Source: Deltaproteobacteria bacterium (GTDB taxonomy: Bacteria > Myxococcota_A > UBA796 > CAJQPC01). Taken from it: a DNA stretch of 64,000 nt. A program made the position numbers and the translations under genes. Location: positions 16,251-80,250 of the forward strand of contig JADJIW010000040.1 of assembly GCA_016706815.1 (NCBI GenBank), written 5' to 3'. Positions within the stretch are counted from its first letter, which is position 1; each line of letters begins with the position of its first letter. Shown here piece after piece: positions 1 through 9,390 of this stretch. The notes under the pieces were generated by a model, which was given only the letters and a program-made list of their open reading frames with translations, was not told the DNA's origin and did not search any database.

Positions 1-1916
1 CGGCGTCCCACGAGATCGCCGTCACCGGATGATTGATCCTCCCGGCGCCGGGCAAACCTCACGGTCCCCTGCGTCGGAGATACTGGTCGCCTGGAGCTGC
101 ACCAGGGCCAACAGCTCTCCACCCCCGCCTCATCCCCCGCGGCGATGAGCGCCTCCAAAAACGCCGCGTACTCCCCCAAGGTCACCGGGAAACGCCCCAA
201 GACGAAGCCGTCCACCCACACCCGCTGCCGGGGCAGGCTGTCGGCGGCGAAGGGGTCTCCGCCGACGATGCAGTAGCCCGGCGGGATGTAGACCTGGTCG
301 TCACGAAGCTCGCCGGGCTCGGGGATCACGATCAGCGCGGGCTCACCCCCCTCGGGAGGCACGCCGTCCCAGCGCCCGGCGCGCTCCATGAGCACGGGGT
401 AACGAACGGTGACGCCGTCGGCCTCCAGGGTGACGAGCCAAGATCCCCGGGGCACGGTCACCTCACGCAGGGGCGTCACGCCGAGGCGCCGCTCGGGCTC
501 GGGCACGAGGCGACGACCCTGCTCGACGAAGCGGTGCAGCCAGGCGACGGCGGGCCGGGACGTGCGGATCGACAAGGCGCCGTCGCCCTTGAGGTAGGCC
601 GCGTGTCGCCCGCGGTCGTGGCTCGCGAGCAGCAGCTCCGCCCGCTGCGTGGCCAAGGGGTCAAGCTGGCGATCGGCGCGCTCCAGCTCGTCGCGGTAGT
701 GGTCGGCGAGGAGCGCGTGGGCCTCGGGAAGCTCGGGATCCCGGTTGAGCGCGGCGCGAAGATCCTGATGCCAGGCGACCTCTCGTAAGGTCACCTCGGA
801 CTCCAAGGCGGCGGCGCGGTCCTGCATCTCCCAGATCGGCAGCTTGGACTCGACGGGCTCATCAGCGCTCAACGACTCCAAGAGCGAGGCGGCGTGGGCC
901 CGAAGCGCCTCGGCCTCCCGCTGGAGCTTGAGGATCCCCGGGCGCTGGGCCTCGGCGCGGCGCGTCTGGGCGAGGGCCTCGGCGCGGCGCAACGAGCCGT
1001 CGAGCCACAACGAGAGCGCCTCGGCCATCGCGCCGGCGTCGGGGTAGCGGTGAATGGGGTCGGGCATCAGCGCCCGGCCGCAGATGTGGCGCAGCTCCGG
1101 GGGGAGCTCCGCGCGCTCGATGGCCTCGGGCCAGCGCGGCGGGTCGGAGACGAGGCGCCGCCAGATGAGCTTGGGGTCGCCCTCCAGGGGGCCTCGACCG
1201 CACAGGACGCTGTGCAGCACGGCGCCCAGACCGTACACGTCCGAGGCCGGCCCCACCTGATCGTGCTGGCCCCGGGCCTGCTCCGGCGACATAAACGCCG
1301 GGGTGCCCAACACCGCGCCGCCCAAGGTGACGCCCTCGTTCTCCCAGACCGGCGCCCCGGCGAAGGGCGGCAGCTCCGGCGCGCCGATCCACCGCGCCAG
1401 GCCCCAGTCCATCACCCGCACCTCGCCGAAGCGGCCCACCATGAGGTTCGCGGGCTTGAGGTCGCGGTGCAGCACCCCGCGGCTGTGGGCGTACCCGACG
1501 GCGTCGCAGATGCTTCGCACCAGGGTGACGAGGCGGTGAACCACGTCGGGGCCCACGGCCGGGCCGGTGATCATCTCGCCCAGCGTCTTGCCATCCACCA
1601 AGGTCATCGTGAACCAGAGGCGCCCGTCAAGAAGCTCTCCGCGGTCCATCACCGAGACGACGCCGGGGTGCTGCAGCCGCGCCGTGGTCGCGATCTCCCC
1701 CAGAAACCTCGCCCGCGCGGCGGCGCTCTCCAGGAGCTCCCAGCCGAGCACCTTCATCGCCACGGGCACCCGCAGCTTCCGATCCCAGGCCCGGCGAACC
1801 TCGCCCATGCCGCCCCGGGCGATGAGCCCGAGATCGTGGTACCGCGCCTCGGGCGACTCAAAGGCCGCCACGGCCGCGGGCTCCCCGTCTGGGGTCCAGG
1901 TGGTCTCGTCGTGCAT
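1..1916 (-). CDS. Hanks-type Ser/Thr protein kinase with C-terminal FGE-sulfatase (SUMF1-like) domain; start codon at 1914-1916, C-terminus runs off the window start
   Basis: Own translation of the minus strand gives HRDLKPANLMV, DWGLAR, GTPAFMSPEQ and DVYGLGAVL kinase motifs, then a long coiled/linker region, then YIPPGYCIVGGDPFAADSLPRQRVWVDGFVLGRFPVTLGEYAAFLEAL (FGE-sulfatase-like). The frame is continuous to position 1. It is absent from the ORF track only because it is edge-truncated. Confidence 0.85.
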   Translation of the reverse strand, partial: MHDETTWTPDGEPAAVAAFESPEARYHDLGLIARGGMGEVRRAWDRKLRVPVAMKVLGWELLESAAARARFLGEIATTARLQHPGVVSVMDRGELLDGRLWFTMTLVDGKTLGEMITGPAVGPDVVHRLVTLVRSICDAVGYAHSRGVLHRDLKPANLMVGRFGEVRVMDWGLARWIGAPELPPFAGAPVWENEGVTLGGAVLGTPAFMSPEQARGQHDQVGPASDVYGLGAVLHSVLCGRGPLEGDPKLIWRRLVSDPPRWPEAIERAELPPELRHICGRALMPDPIHRYPDAGAMAEALSLWLDGSLRRAEALAQTRRAEAQRPGILKLQREAEALRAHAASLLESLSADEPVESKLPIWEMQDRAAALESEVTLREVAWHQDLRAALNRDPELPEAHALLADHYRDELERADRQLDPLATQRAELLLASHDRGRHAAYLKGDGALSIRTSRPAVAWLHRFVEQGRRLVPEPERRLGVTPLREVTVPRGSWLVTLEADGVTVRYPVLMERAGRWDGVPPEGGEPALIVIPEPGELRDDQVYIPPGYCIVGGDPFAADSLPRQRVWVDGFVLGRFPVTLGEYAAFLEALIAAGDEAGVESCWPWCSSRRPVSPTQGTVRFARRREDQSSGDGDLVGR

Positions 1917-2065
1917 GATGAATGCTACAGCGCGGAGGGATCCCCGGTCAAGGCGGAGGCGCTGCCGCGCCCTTGATGGCCCAGGCGGCGATTGACGCCG
2001 GGGGGTGGCGGCGGGCGCCTCGCCGGGTGAGAGTACAGCGTGCCTCACCTCCTCTGGAGCCGCTG

Positions 2066-2677
2066 ATGTCGAGCCAGGTCCCCCTTCGTTGTGATTGTGG
2101 CGCTGTTGCCGGGGAGATCACCGTGAGCCCCGGCGCCGGCAACCACTGCGTCTGTTTCTGCGACGACTGCCAGGCCTTCGCCGCCGCCTTGGGCCGCGAG
2201 GACGTGCTCGACGCCTGGGGCGGCACCGACATCTATCAGACCGCCCCTGCGCGTCTGCGCATCACCCAAGGTCAAGACGAGCTGCGCGCCCTGCGCCTCA
2301 ACCCCAAGGGCCTCGTGCGCTGGTACACCGCCTGCTGCAAGACGCCCGTGGGCAACATGATGGCCACGCCCCGCTCCCCCTTCGTCGGCGTCATCAGCCG
2401 CTTCATCGCCCTGGACGCCGAGGCCCGCGACAAAGCCGTCGGCCCGGTGACCTCGTGGGTGCTGGGCCGCTTCGCCAAAGGCGGCTGCCCGCCCCACGCC
2501 CACCCCAAGGTGCCGCTCTCGGCGATCCCCGGCATCGCCAAGGTGCTGCTGCGCAACATCGTCACCGGCGGCCACAGCCCCTCGCCGTTCATCGTTGATG
2601 GCGCCTGGCGGGTGGAGCCCGAGGTGCTGAGCCCCGAGGCCCGGGCCAAGCTCAGCCCAAGCGCGCCCACGCCTTGA
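2066..2677 (+). CDS. Small Cys-rich zinc-binding protein, GFA/CENP-V-like (putative)
   Basis: Track ORF 1922..2677. Internal ATG at 2066 gives MSSQVPLRCDCGAVAGEITVSPGAGNHCVCFCDDCQAF..WYTACCKTPVG, a CxC..CxC..C pattern typical of the GFA family. The start is uncertain. Confidence 0.45.
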   Translation: MSSQVPLRCDCGAVAGEITVSPGAGNHCVCFCDDCQAFAAALGREDVLDAWGGTDIYQTAPARLRITQGQDELRALRLNPKGLVRWYTACCKTPVGNMMATPRSPFVGVISRFIALDAEARDKAVGPVTSWVLGRFAKGGCPPHAHPKVPLSAIPGIAKVLLRNIVTGGHSPSPFIVDGAWRVEPEVLSPEARAKLSPSAPTP

Positions 2678-2693
2678 TGAGCCCGGCGAGCGC

Positions 2694-3689
2694 CTACTCC
2701 GGCGCCTCTCCCCGGCGGCGCCCGCGGGGGGCCGCGCCGACGTGCCGCCGAAACGCTCGCCGAAACGCCGCGGCGTCGGCGTAGCCCACACGCTCGGCGA
2801 CGTCCTCCACCGAGGCCTGGGTGGTCTCCAGCAGGTGCGCGGCGTGGGCGACGCGGATGCGCTGCACAAAACGCAGCGGCGTCAGCCCGACGCTCCCCTG
2901 CACACGCCGGGCGAGGGTGCGCGGCGACATGCCCGCCGCCCGCGCCAGCTCATCCAGCCCGATCTGCCGCCCGAGGTTGGCCACGACCAGCTCCTCGACA
3001 CGTTTGAGCGCGGGGTCATAGGTCGAGAGGTGGTCGAGCACCATGTACCGGCCCTGGGCGGGGCGCGCGTCGAGCACGAGGTACTGGGCGGCGAGGTGGC
3101 CCACCGCCGGGGACGCCACCCGCGAGACCACGGCCAGCACAAGATCGGCGTGGGCGAAGGCCGCCCCCGCGGTCAGCGTGGCGCCGCTCTCCACCACCAT
3201 CCGGTCGGCGCGCAGATCCACCAACGGGAACCGTCGTTTAAACGCCGGGATCAGCCACCAGGTCGTCGTCGCGCTCGCGCCGTCGAGCAGGCCCGCCGCC
3301 CCCAAAAAAAACGTCGCCGAGCACGAGGCGGCCACGGTGGCGCCGCGGGCGTGGGCGGCCTGCAGCGCGGCGAGGACCCGCCGCACGTCGGGCCGCGCGA
3401 GGGCCCGGTCCACGGCGCCGAGCGTCGGGGTGAACACGCCAGGCACGACGACGACGTCACCGGGGCCGAGTGAATCGGGCTCAAACGCGCCGTCTACGGC
3501 CACGGGGCGGCCCAAGAGCGAGGTGACCGGCCCCCCATCGGCGGAGACGACACGCTGGGTGAGGGCGCGGGACGAGCAGGGGCTGGGGGCGAGCCCGGCG
3601 CGGACGAGGCGCTGGGCGGCGCCCACGATGTCGAGGCCAAGGCCAAGCGCCCCCTCCAGCACGTCATTCAGCGCGAGATGCACGATCAT
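2694..3689 (-). CDS. GlxA-family AraC-type transcriptional regulator (DJ-1/PfpI domain + HTH_AraC)
   Basis: Track ORF. The N-terminal DJ-1/PfpI-like domain is followed by a C-terminal AraC HTH (LDELARAAGMSPRTLARRV..RFVQRIRVAHAAHLL). It is divergent from the hydrolase operon. Confidence 0.85.
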   Translation of the reverse strand: MIVHLALNDVLEGALGLGLDIVGAAQRLVRAGLAPSPCSSRALTQRVVSADGGPVTSLLGRPVAVDGAFEPDSLGPGDVVVVPGVFTPTLGAVDRALARPDVRRVLAALQAAHARGATVAASCSATFFLGAAGLLDGASATTTWWLIPAFKRRFPLVDLRADRMVVESGATLTAGAAFAHADLVLAVVSRVASPAVGHLAAQYLVLDARPAQGRYMVLDHLSTYDPALKRVEELVVANLGRQIGLDELARAAGMSPRTLARRVQGSVGLTPLRFVQRIRVAHAAHLLETTQASVEDVAERVGYADAAAFRRAFRRHVGAAPRGRRRGEAPE

Positions 3690-3807
3690 GGCGGCGACCT
3701 CCGGGCCGGAGGGTCATACGCCAGCGCCTGAGGTTTGGCAAGAACAGACCGATCATCGTCAATCCCGCCAATGGTCCCGGCGCGGCGCCGCCCCTACACT
3801 GTCCCCC

Positions 3808-4650
3808 ATGAACGACGACCCCCTCGACGACTTCTCCCGCCGCGCCATCACCCTCCAGTCGGTGGAGCGCGCCGTGTACGTCGCCGCCCCACCGGGCGAC
3901 GGCGTCTTCCCCGCGGTGATCGTGCTCGCGGAGCTCCCCGGCATCAGCCCCCACGTCGCCCGCTTCGCCCGCTGGGTGCGGGACGCGGGGTTCTGCGTCT
4001 ACATGCCCTCCTTGTTCGGGAGAGACGGCGCCTGGCCCGAGACGGCCGCCGGGACGAAGGTGCTGCGGGCGGCCTGCGTCAGCGCCGAGCTTCGGGCCCT
4101 CGGCGCCGGTCGGTCGAGCCCGGTGACGAGCTGGCTTGGCGCCCTGGCCCGCCTCGCCCACGCAGAGCGCGGCGGCCCCGGCGTCGGCGCCGTCGGCATG
4201 TGCCTCACGGGCAACTTCGCGCTCTCGATGATGCTGGAGCCCACGATGTTGGCCCCGGTCCTCTGCCAGCCCTCCTTGCCCCTCGATGATCCCGCCGGGC
4301 TCAACATCGCCCCCGAGGAGCTGGCGACGGTGCGCGCCCGCCTGGAGGCCGAGGACCTCACCGTGCGCGCCTACCGCTTCGAGGGTGACCGCTTCTGCAC
4401 CGCCCAGCGCTTCGCCGCGTACCAGGCGGCCCTCGGGCCCCGCTTCGAGCCCCGGGTGCTGCCGAGCGCCGCCGCCTCGCCCACCCCGCCCCCGTTCTTT
4501 CGTGACGTCGTGGCCTGCCCACACAGCGTCGTGACCGCCCACCTCATCGACGCCGAGGGCGAGCCCACCCGGGCCGCCCGCGACGAGATCCTGTCGTTCT
4601 TGGCCGCGCGGCTGCGCCCCGCCGCGCTGGAGGAGACCCCCCATGCCTGA
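3808..4650 (+). CDS. Dienelactone hydrolase family protein
   Basis: The track ORF 3043..4650 is over-extended. The real start is MNDDPLDDF at 3808. VIVLAELPGISPHV and the GMCLTGNFAL nucleophile-Cys motif are typical of DLH. Confidence 0.8.
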   Translation: MNDDPLDDFSRRAITLQSVERAVYVAAPPGDGVFPAVIVLAELPGISPHVARFARWVRDAGFCVYMPSLFGRDGAWPETAAGTKVLRAACVSAELRALGAGRSSPVTSWLGALARLAHAERGGPGVGAVGMCLTGNFALSMMLEPTMLAPVLCQPSLPLDDPAGLNIAPEELATVRARLEAEDLTVRAYRFEGDRFCTAQRFAAYQAALGPRFEPRVLPSAAASPTPPPFFRDVVACPHSVVTAHLIDAEGEPTRAARDEILSFLAARLRPAALEETPHA

Positions 4651-5296
4651 GTCACCCATCGTCATCATCGGCCGCAGCAGCTCCCACTTCACCCGCGTCG
4701 CCACCCTGTTCGCCGCCGAGCTCGGCCTGCCCTGGACCCTGGAGGTGGTCCCCCGCCTGCTCAGCCACGACCCCGCGGACTTCGGCGGGCACCCCGCCCT
4801 CAAGCTCCCGACGCTCCTCACCCAAGGGGCGCCCGTCTACGGCGCGGAGAACATCTGCCGCAAGCTCACCGCCCTCGCCGGGCGCGCCGGAGACCCAACC
4901 CTCGTGCTGCCCGAGCACGTCCACGACGACACCGCCCGGAACGCCCAGGAGCTTATCTGGGTGGCGATGGGCGCTCAGGTCTCGATGCGGCTGTTTAAGC
5001 CCGGGGAGGAGCCGCCCACGCCGTACCTGCTCAAGACCCAGGCCGGGCTCCGGGGCGCGCTGGCCTGGCTCGACGCCCACCTCGACGACACCCTCGCCGC
5101 CCTGCCCGCGCCGCGTCAGGTGAGCGTGCTAGAGGTCACCCTCTTGTGCCTCGTCGATCACCTGCGCTTTCTCCCCACCTTCCCCCTCGACGCCTACCCC
5201 CGCCTGTTGGCCTTCGCCGACGCCCAGGGCCAACGCGAGTCCGCCCAGCGCACCGTCTTTCATTTTGACCCCCGCCCACCCAGAGATCCCCGATGA
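4643..5296 (+). CDS. Glutathione S-transferase-like protein
   Basis: Track ORF with a thioredoxin-fold GST N-terminal-like sequence. It overlaps the hydrolase stop by 8 nt (operon). Confidence 0.65.
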   Translation: MPESPIVIIGRSSSHFTRVATLFAAELGLPWTLEVVPRLLSHDPADFGGHPALKLPTLLTQGAPVYGAENICRKLTALAGRAGDPTLVLPEHVHDDTARNAQELIWVAMGAQVSMRLFKPGEEPPTPYLLKTQAGLRGALAWLDAHLDDTLAALPAPRQVSVLEVTLLCLVDHLRFLPTFPLDAYPRLLAFADAQGQRESAQRTVFHFDPRPPRDPR

Positions 5297-5769
5297 AGCC
5301 CCTCACCCTCCCCGCCCTCGACCCCGCCACCGTCACGCCGCGTCTCGGCTCGGGCTACCCAGAGCCCTTCCGCTCCCGGGTGCTCCCCCGCGAGAAGCGC
5401 GCCCTCGGCGACGCCCTCGGCCTCACCCGCTTCGGCGTGAACCTCACGACCCTCGCCCCAGGGCGCGAGTCCTCAATCCGCCATCACCACTCCCACGAGG
5501 ACGAGCTCGTCTACGTCTTGGAGGGTGAGCTGGTGCTGCGCACCGACGCCGGAGAGCAGCGCCTCACGGCGGGCATGTGCGCGGGCTTCCCCGCGGGATC
5601 GGGCGACGCTCACCAGCTCGTGAACCGCGGCGACGCCCCCGCCCGATTCTTAGAGATCGGGAGCCGCGACCCCGACGACGCCGTCGAGTACCCCGACGAC
5701 GACCTCGCCGTCCACAAAGACGCCACGGGCGCCTACGTGTTCACCCGCCGCGACGGCTCCTCGCCCTGA
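5293..5769 (+). CDS. Cupin domain protein
   Basis: Track ORF with a His-rich cupin core (IRHHHSHEDELVYVLEGE). There is a 4 nt overlap with the upstream gene. Confidence 0.7.
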   Translation: MKPLTLPALDPATVTPRLGSGYPEPFRSRVLPREKRALGDALGLTRFGVNLTTLAPGRESSIRHHHSHEDELVYVLEGELVLRTDAGEQRLTAGMCAGFPAGSGDAHQLVNRGDAPARFLEIGSRDPDDAVEYPDDDLAVHKDATGAYVFTRRDGSSP

Positions 5770-5789
5770 GCGCGTCGGCGCCGGGCCGC

Positions 5790-6896
5790 TCAGCCCAGGC
5801 GCTCCAGCTCTTTGATCAACGCCTGATCCCGCTCGGAGACGAAGTTGATCACCACGCCCGTGCGCCCAGCGCGGGCCGTGCGACCGGCGCGGTGCAGGTA
5901 GTTGTCTACCCGCGACGGCAGGTTGTAGTTGATCACCCGGCCGACGTGCTCGATGTCGAGGCCTCGGGCGCCCAAGTCCGTGGCGATGAGCAGGTCCACC
6001 TCGCCGTCGCGGAACCTCTTGAGGTTCACCCGGCGCTCGACGCGGTCCATCTCCCCGCGGAACACGGCGCAGGGCCGCTTGATGCGCGCGAGCTGATAGA
6101 CCACCTTGTCACACTGCTCGCGGGTGTTCGTGAACAGGAGCGTGCCGCCCTCGTTCGGCGTGGCCAGCTCGACCTGGAGCTGCTCAAAGCGGCGGCCATC
6201 GACGATGCGGCGGTTGATCGTGTGCAGCGTCGAGACCGGGCGGTGGCTGCCCCGGCTGCGCAGCTCCACGGGCATGTTGAAGGTGCGCTGGGCGAGGCGC
6301 GCGACGGGCGGCGGCAAGGTCGCGGTGAACAAGGCGAGCTGGCGACCGGCCGGCGTGGCGTTCACCAGATCACCGGCCTGGGGCAAGAAGCCCAGGTCCA
6401 GGAGCTGATCGGCCTCGTCGAGCACCATCATGCGCACGTCGCCCAAGGAGACGATCTTTCGCTCGACGAGCTGGCCCAGGCGACCGGGCGTGGCCACGAG
6501 CACCTCAAAGGCGCCCTTCACGTTCTCCCGGCTCTTGAGCAGGTCTACGCCGCCAAGGGCCATGCGCACCCGCAGGCGGGTGTCGTGGGTGAACGTCTTA
6601 AACACCCGGGCCACCTGCTCGCCGAGCTCGCGGCTGGGCACGAGCACCACGGCGCGGGGGGCGCTCTCAGCGGTGACCGGGCTGCCGCTCTCCTCTAAGC
6701 TCTTGATCTTGTGGAGGATCGGCAGGGCGTAGGCCAGCGTCTTGCCGCTGCCCGTCTCGGCGACGCCCACCACCGATCTCCCGGCGAGGAGCTCCGGCAT
6801 CGCCCGCGCCTGAATCTCCGTGGGCCGGGTGATGCGCTGGGCGTCGAGGGTGGCCTGAAGGGTGGGCAGCAGCCCAAGCTCATAGAAGCTGTTCAT
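5790..6896 (-). CDS. DEAD-box ATP-dependent RNA helicase
   Basis: Track ORF 5790..7028. The true start is MNSFYELGL at 6896, because the extension overlaps tRNA-Glu. Motifs: Q-motif, AETGSGKT, DEAD (VLDEADQLL), SAT (FTATL), HRAGRTAR. Confidence 0.9.
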   Translation of the reverse strand: MNSFYELGLLPTLQATLDAQRITRPTEIQARAMPELLAGRSVVGVAETGSGKTLAYALPILHKIKSLEESGSPVTAESAPRAVVLVPSRELGEQVARVFKTFTHDTRLRVRMALGGVDLLKSRENVKGAFEVLVATPGRLGQLVERKIVSLGDVRMMVLDEADQLLDLGFLPQAGDLVNATPAGRQLALFTATLPPPVARLAQRTFNMPVELRSRGSHRPVSTLHTINRRIVDGRRFEQLQVELATPNEGGTLLFTNTREQCDKVVYQLARIKRPCAVFRGEMDRVERRVNLKRFRDGEVDLLIATDLGARGLDIEHVGRVINYNLPSRVDNYLHRAGRTARAGRTGVVINFVSERDQALIKELERLG

Positions 6897-7016
6897 CGAG
6901 GCTCCGATCCTGCCCTGGGGTTCGCCACACGTCACGATGTGCCCGCCGCCGTGACGTGCAGGGCTCCAGAGTACACAACCCCCTCCGACAGACGCCGAAG
7001 GGGGTCGTGGGGGAGA

Positions 7017-7094
7017 TGGTGACCCCAACGGGATTCGAACCCGTGTTAGCGGAATGAAAATCCGCCGTCCTGGACCTGACTAGACGATGGGGTC
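7017..7094 (-). tRNA. tRNA-Glu (anticodon UUC), CCA encoded
   Basis: Reverse complement GACCCCATCGTCTAGTCAGGTCCAGGACGGCGGATTTTCATTCCGCTAACACGGGTTCGAATCCCGTTGGGGTCACCA. It has a 7 bp acceptor stem, anticodon loop TTTTCAT and a TPsiC GGTTCGAATCC. It is close to E. coli tRNA-Glu. Confidence 0.85.
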
Positions 7095-7102
7095 GAGGGG
7101 TA

Positions 7103-7175
<73 letters not shown>

Positions 7176-7213
7176 ATAGAGCGCAGGCGAAGTAACAGGG
7201 GGGGCCGCGCTGG

Positions 7214-7636
7214 TCAACCCGCCGTGCGCTTGAGGCCCGCCTTGGCCTCCTCGTGATCGGGCTTGAGGGCGAGGATCGCCTTAAACTCGCGGTTGGCGTT
7301 CAGCTTCATCGCCAAGGCCTCGTACACGTTCGCCAAGGCCAGCCGGTACTCAACCACCTGCGGATCCTTGTCTACGGCCTTGCGGAAGTAGGTCAAGGCG
7401 CCCTTGTTGTCGTTGCCGTTGGCCTGGATGATCTTGCCCAGGCGGTAGAAGGGCTCGCCCATCGGCGGATCGAAGCCTACGGCCTGGTGGTAATGAAAGA
7501 ACGCCTCCTTGGTGCTGGAGAAGCTCTCGGCCTTCTTCGCCAGCTCGATCTGCTTCTCGGCCTGCTGGCGTCGGCCCTTGGCGTCGGCCTCGGTGAAGCG
7601 TTTTTTGTACTCCTCGTTGCGCGGGTCAAACTCCAT
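7214..7636 (-). CDS. TPR-repeat protein; probably the C-terminal part of a frameshifted DnaJ-TPR gene
   Basis: Track ORF. TPR-like sequence continues upstream of the annotated Met in the same frame (..FFKLGEADVAANEWSKAARNFKLAMEFDPRNEEY..) with no start codon. It connects by a +/-1 shift to the preceding small ORF 7701..7892. Confidence 0.6.
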   Translation of the reverse strand: MEFDPRNEEYKKRFTEADAKGRRQQAEKQIELAKKAESFSSTKEAFFHYHQAVGFDPPMGEPFYRLGKIIQANGNDNKGALTYFRKAVDKDPQVVEYRLALANVYEALAMKLNANREFKAILALKPDHEEAKAGLKRTAG

Positions 7637-7747
7637 CGCGAGCTTGAAGTTCCTCGCGGCCTTGGACCACTCGTTCGCGGCGACGTCCGCCTCGCCGAGC
7701 TTAAAGAAGCCCGCGCGCCTTCTTGAGCCGCTCGATGATCGGGGCCT

Positions 7748-8362
7748 TCAAGGCGTCAACGGCGGGGGAGGAGGGCTTCTTGGGCTCGGCGGCGGGCTTT
7801 CGGCGCCTCGGGCGCGGCGGCGCCTGGCGCCGGAGGGGTGAAACGTACGGTGTAGGGATCTGCGGTGGCGGCGGCGGCCGGCGACGCGCCACCCGGACGC
7901 CCCACGTTCGGCGGCGAAGGCGGCGGGGGCCGGGCGGGCGGTGAGCGGGGGCTGGCCCCGGCGGGCGGCGGCGAGGCGGTCGTCGTGACCGGGCGCGGCG
8001 GCGCGGGGCTCGGTCTCGGCGGCGGAGGCGGCGGCGGCCGGGGGCTTGGGCTTGGGCTTCCGTTTCTGGGCGGTGACGAGGTCTTGGTCGTACTGGGCGC
8101 GGGCGCGCTCGTCCCCCAAGGTGCGATAGGCCTGGTTCACCCCGGCGAACACGTCCTCCAGCATCTTCTCGAGGCCGCCGAGGTCTTGGCGGTAGTAGCG
8201 GTCGGGGTGAAACCGCCGCGAGAGGTTGTGGTAGGCGTTCTTCAGCGCCGTGCGGTCAAAGTCCTCCGCCACGCCGAGGAGCTCATAGTGTGTGCCGTCG
8301 CGCAGCACCTCGCTGAGCCGGTGCAGCTCGGCCACATCTTCAGGCTTGAGGCCGCCGCTCAT
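7748..8362 (-). CDS. J-domain (DnaJ-like) protein with Pro/Ala/Lys-rich linker; likely N-terminal part of the same broken DnaJ-TPR gene
   Basis: Track ORF with a J-domain signature (HYELLGV..LSRRFHPDR). After QKRKPKPKPP the translation degenerates into low-complexity sequence. Its start overlaps the xerC stop by 4 nt. Confidence 0.7.
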   Translation of the reverse strand: MSGGLKPEDVAELHRLSEVLRDGTHYELLGVAEDFDRTALKNAYHNLSRRFHPDRYYRQDLGGLEKMLEDVFAGVNQAYRTLGDERARAQYDQDLVTAQKRKPKPKPPAAAASAAETEPRAAAPGHDDRLAAARRGQPPLTARPAPAAFAAERGASGWRVAGRRRHRRSLHRTFHPSGARRRRARGAESPPPSPRSPPPPPLTP

Positions 8363-9294
8363 GGAGCCTCCTCGGGGTCAAAGGGTTCAAGTCTGTCGGG
8401 CGCCCCGCTCGCCCCGCCCGCGGCCCGCCGCCCGTGGGGGTGCGCGCTGCGGTGCACCTCCAACAGCCGCTCCAAAGAGACGTGGGCGTAGCGCTGGGTC
8501 GTAGACAAGGAAGCATGGCCAAGCTGCTCCTGAATGGCCCGTAGATCAGCCCCAGAGGCTAACATATGCGTCGCTGCGCTGTGTCTGAGGGCGTGGGGGT
8601 TCACCCGGGGCTGTCCGTTCTTGAGCGCGCTGTCTCCGACGATGGTGTGAATCGCCCGCGCAGAGAGCCGACCACCACGGTGGTTCAGAAAGAGCGCCCG
8701 GCCCTGGGCGGGGAGCTGGCGCATCCACAGGCCCAGCGCCTCGGCGGCGGGCGGGCCGAAGGGCACGCGGCGCTCTTTGCGGCCCTTGCCCTTTCGCACC
8801 GTGACGAGGAGCTGCCCGAGGTCGATGTCGTCGCGGTCCAAGGCCGAGACCTCCCCTACACGCAGGCCGGCGCCGTACATCAGCTCCAGGAGCGCCCGGT
8901 TGCGGTCGTGCAGCCAGCCCTCTTGAATCGGCGCCTCGACCAGCGCCGCGGCGTCCTGCTCGTCCAGGTAGCGCGGCACCTTCACCGGCAGGCGGGGGCT
9001 GCGCAGGCGCGCGGCGGGGGAGTCGGGGATCAGGCCTTCAGAGACCATCCACTTAAAGAAGGATCGCAGCGCCGCCACTCTGCGCCGAATGCTGGCGGCG
9101 GCGGGCGCGCCTTCAGCCACGGCGGCGAGGTGCTCCCGAAGATCCACCAGACGCGCGCTCTGGAGATCTCGTCCGCGCTCCAAAAGGCGCGCCCGCAACG
9201 CCGCGAGATCGGCGCCATACGCGCGCAGCGTGTGCTCGCTCGCGCCCCGCTCAGCGCGCAGAACAAGCAGGTATCGGTCCAGAAGCTCACTCAC
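8359..9294 (-). CDS. xerC: Tyrosine site-specific recombinase XerC/XerD family
   Basis: Track ORF. The N-terminus is the canonical Xer start (LLDRYLLVLRAERGASEHTLRAYGADL). The catalytic region is HALRHSAATHMLASGADLRAIQEQLGHASLSTTQRYAHV, with R..HxxR..Y. Confidence 0.85.
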   Translation of the reverse strand: MSELLDRYLLVLRAERGASEHTLRAYGADLAALRARLLERGRDLQSARLVDLREHLAAVAEGAPAAASIRRRVAALRSFFKWMVSEGLIPDSPAARLRSPRLPVKVPRYLDEQDAAALVEAPIQEGWLHDRNRALLELMYGAGLRVGEVSALDRDDIDLGQLLVTVRKGKGRKERRVPFGPPAAEALGLWMRQLPAQGRALFLNHRGGRLSARAIHTIVGDSALKNGQPRVNPHALRHSAATHMLASGADLRAIQEQLGHASLSTTQRYAHVSLERLLEVHRSAHPHGRRAAGGASGAPDRLEPFDPEEAP

Positions 9295-9390
9295 AATGAC
9301 TCACCAGGGTGCGTGACGCGGCCAGGGGCTGGCTTGCTTCCCCGCTTGCGGCATCCTATACGGCGAGCATGATCTTGGGCCGCGCGGCTC

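Noticed and set aside
340-360. Possible frameshift in the kinase-FGE gene at a C-run (346-351)
   Set aside because: On recount the run is C6, not C7, and the reading frame is continuous: ..RWDGVPPEGGEPALIVIPEPGEL..
3043-3807. 5' extension of the 535 aa ORF encoding the hydrolase
   Set aside because: It is antisense to the AraC regulator gene and Arg/Ala-rich. Hydrolase homology begins at MNDDPL (3808).
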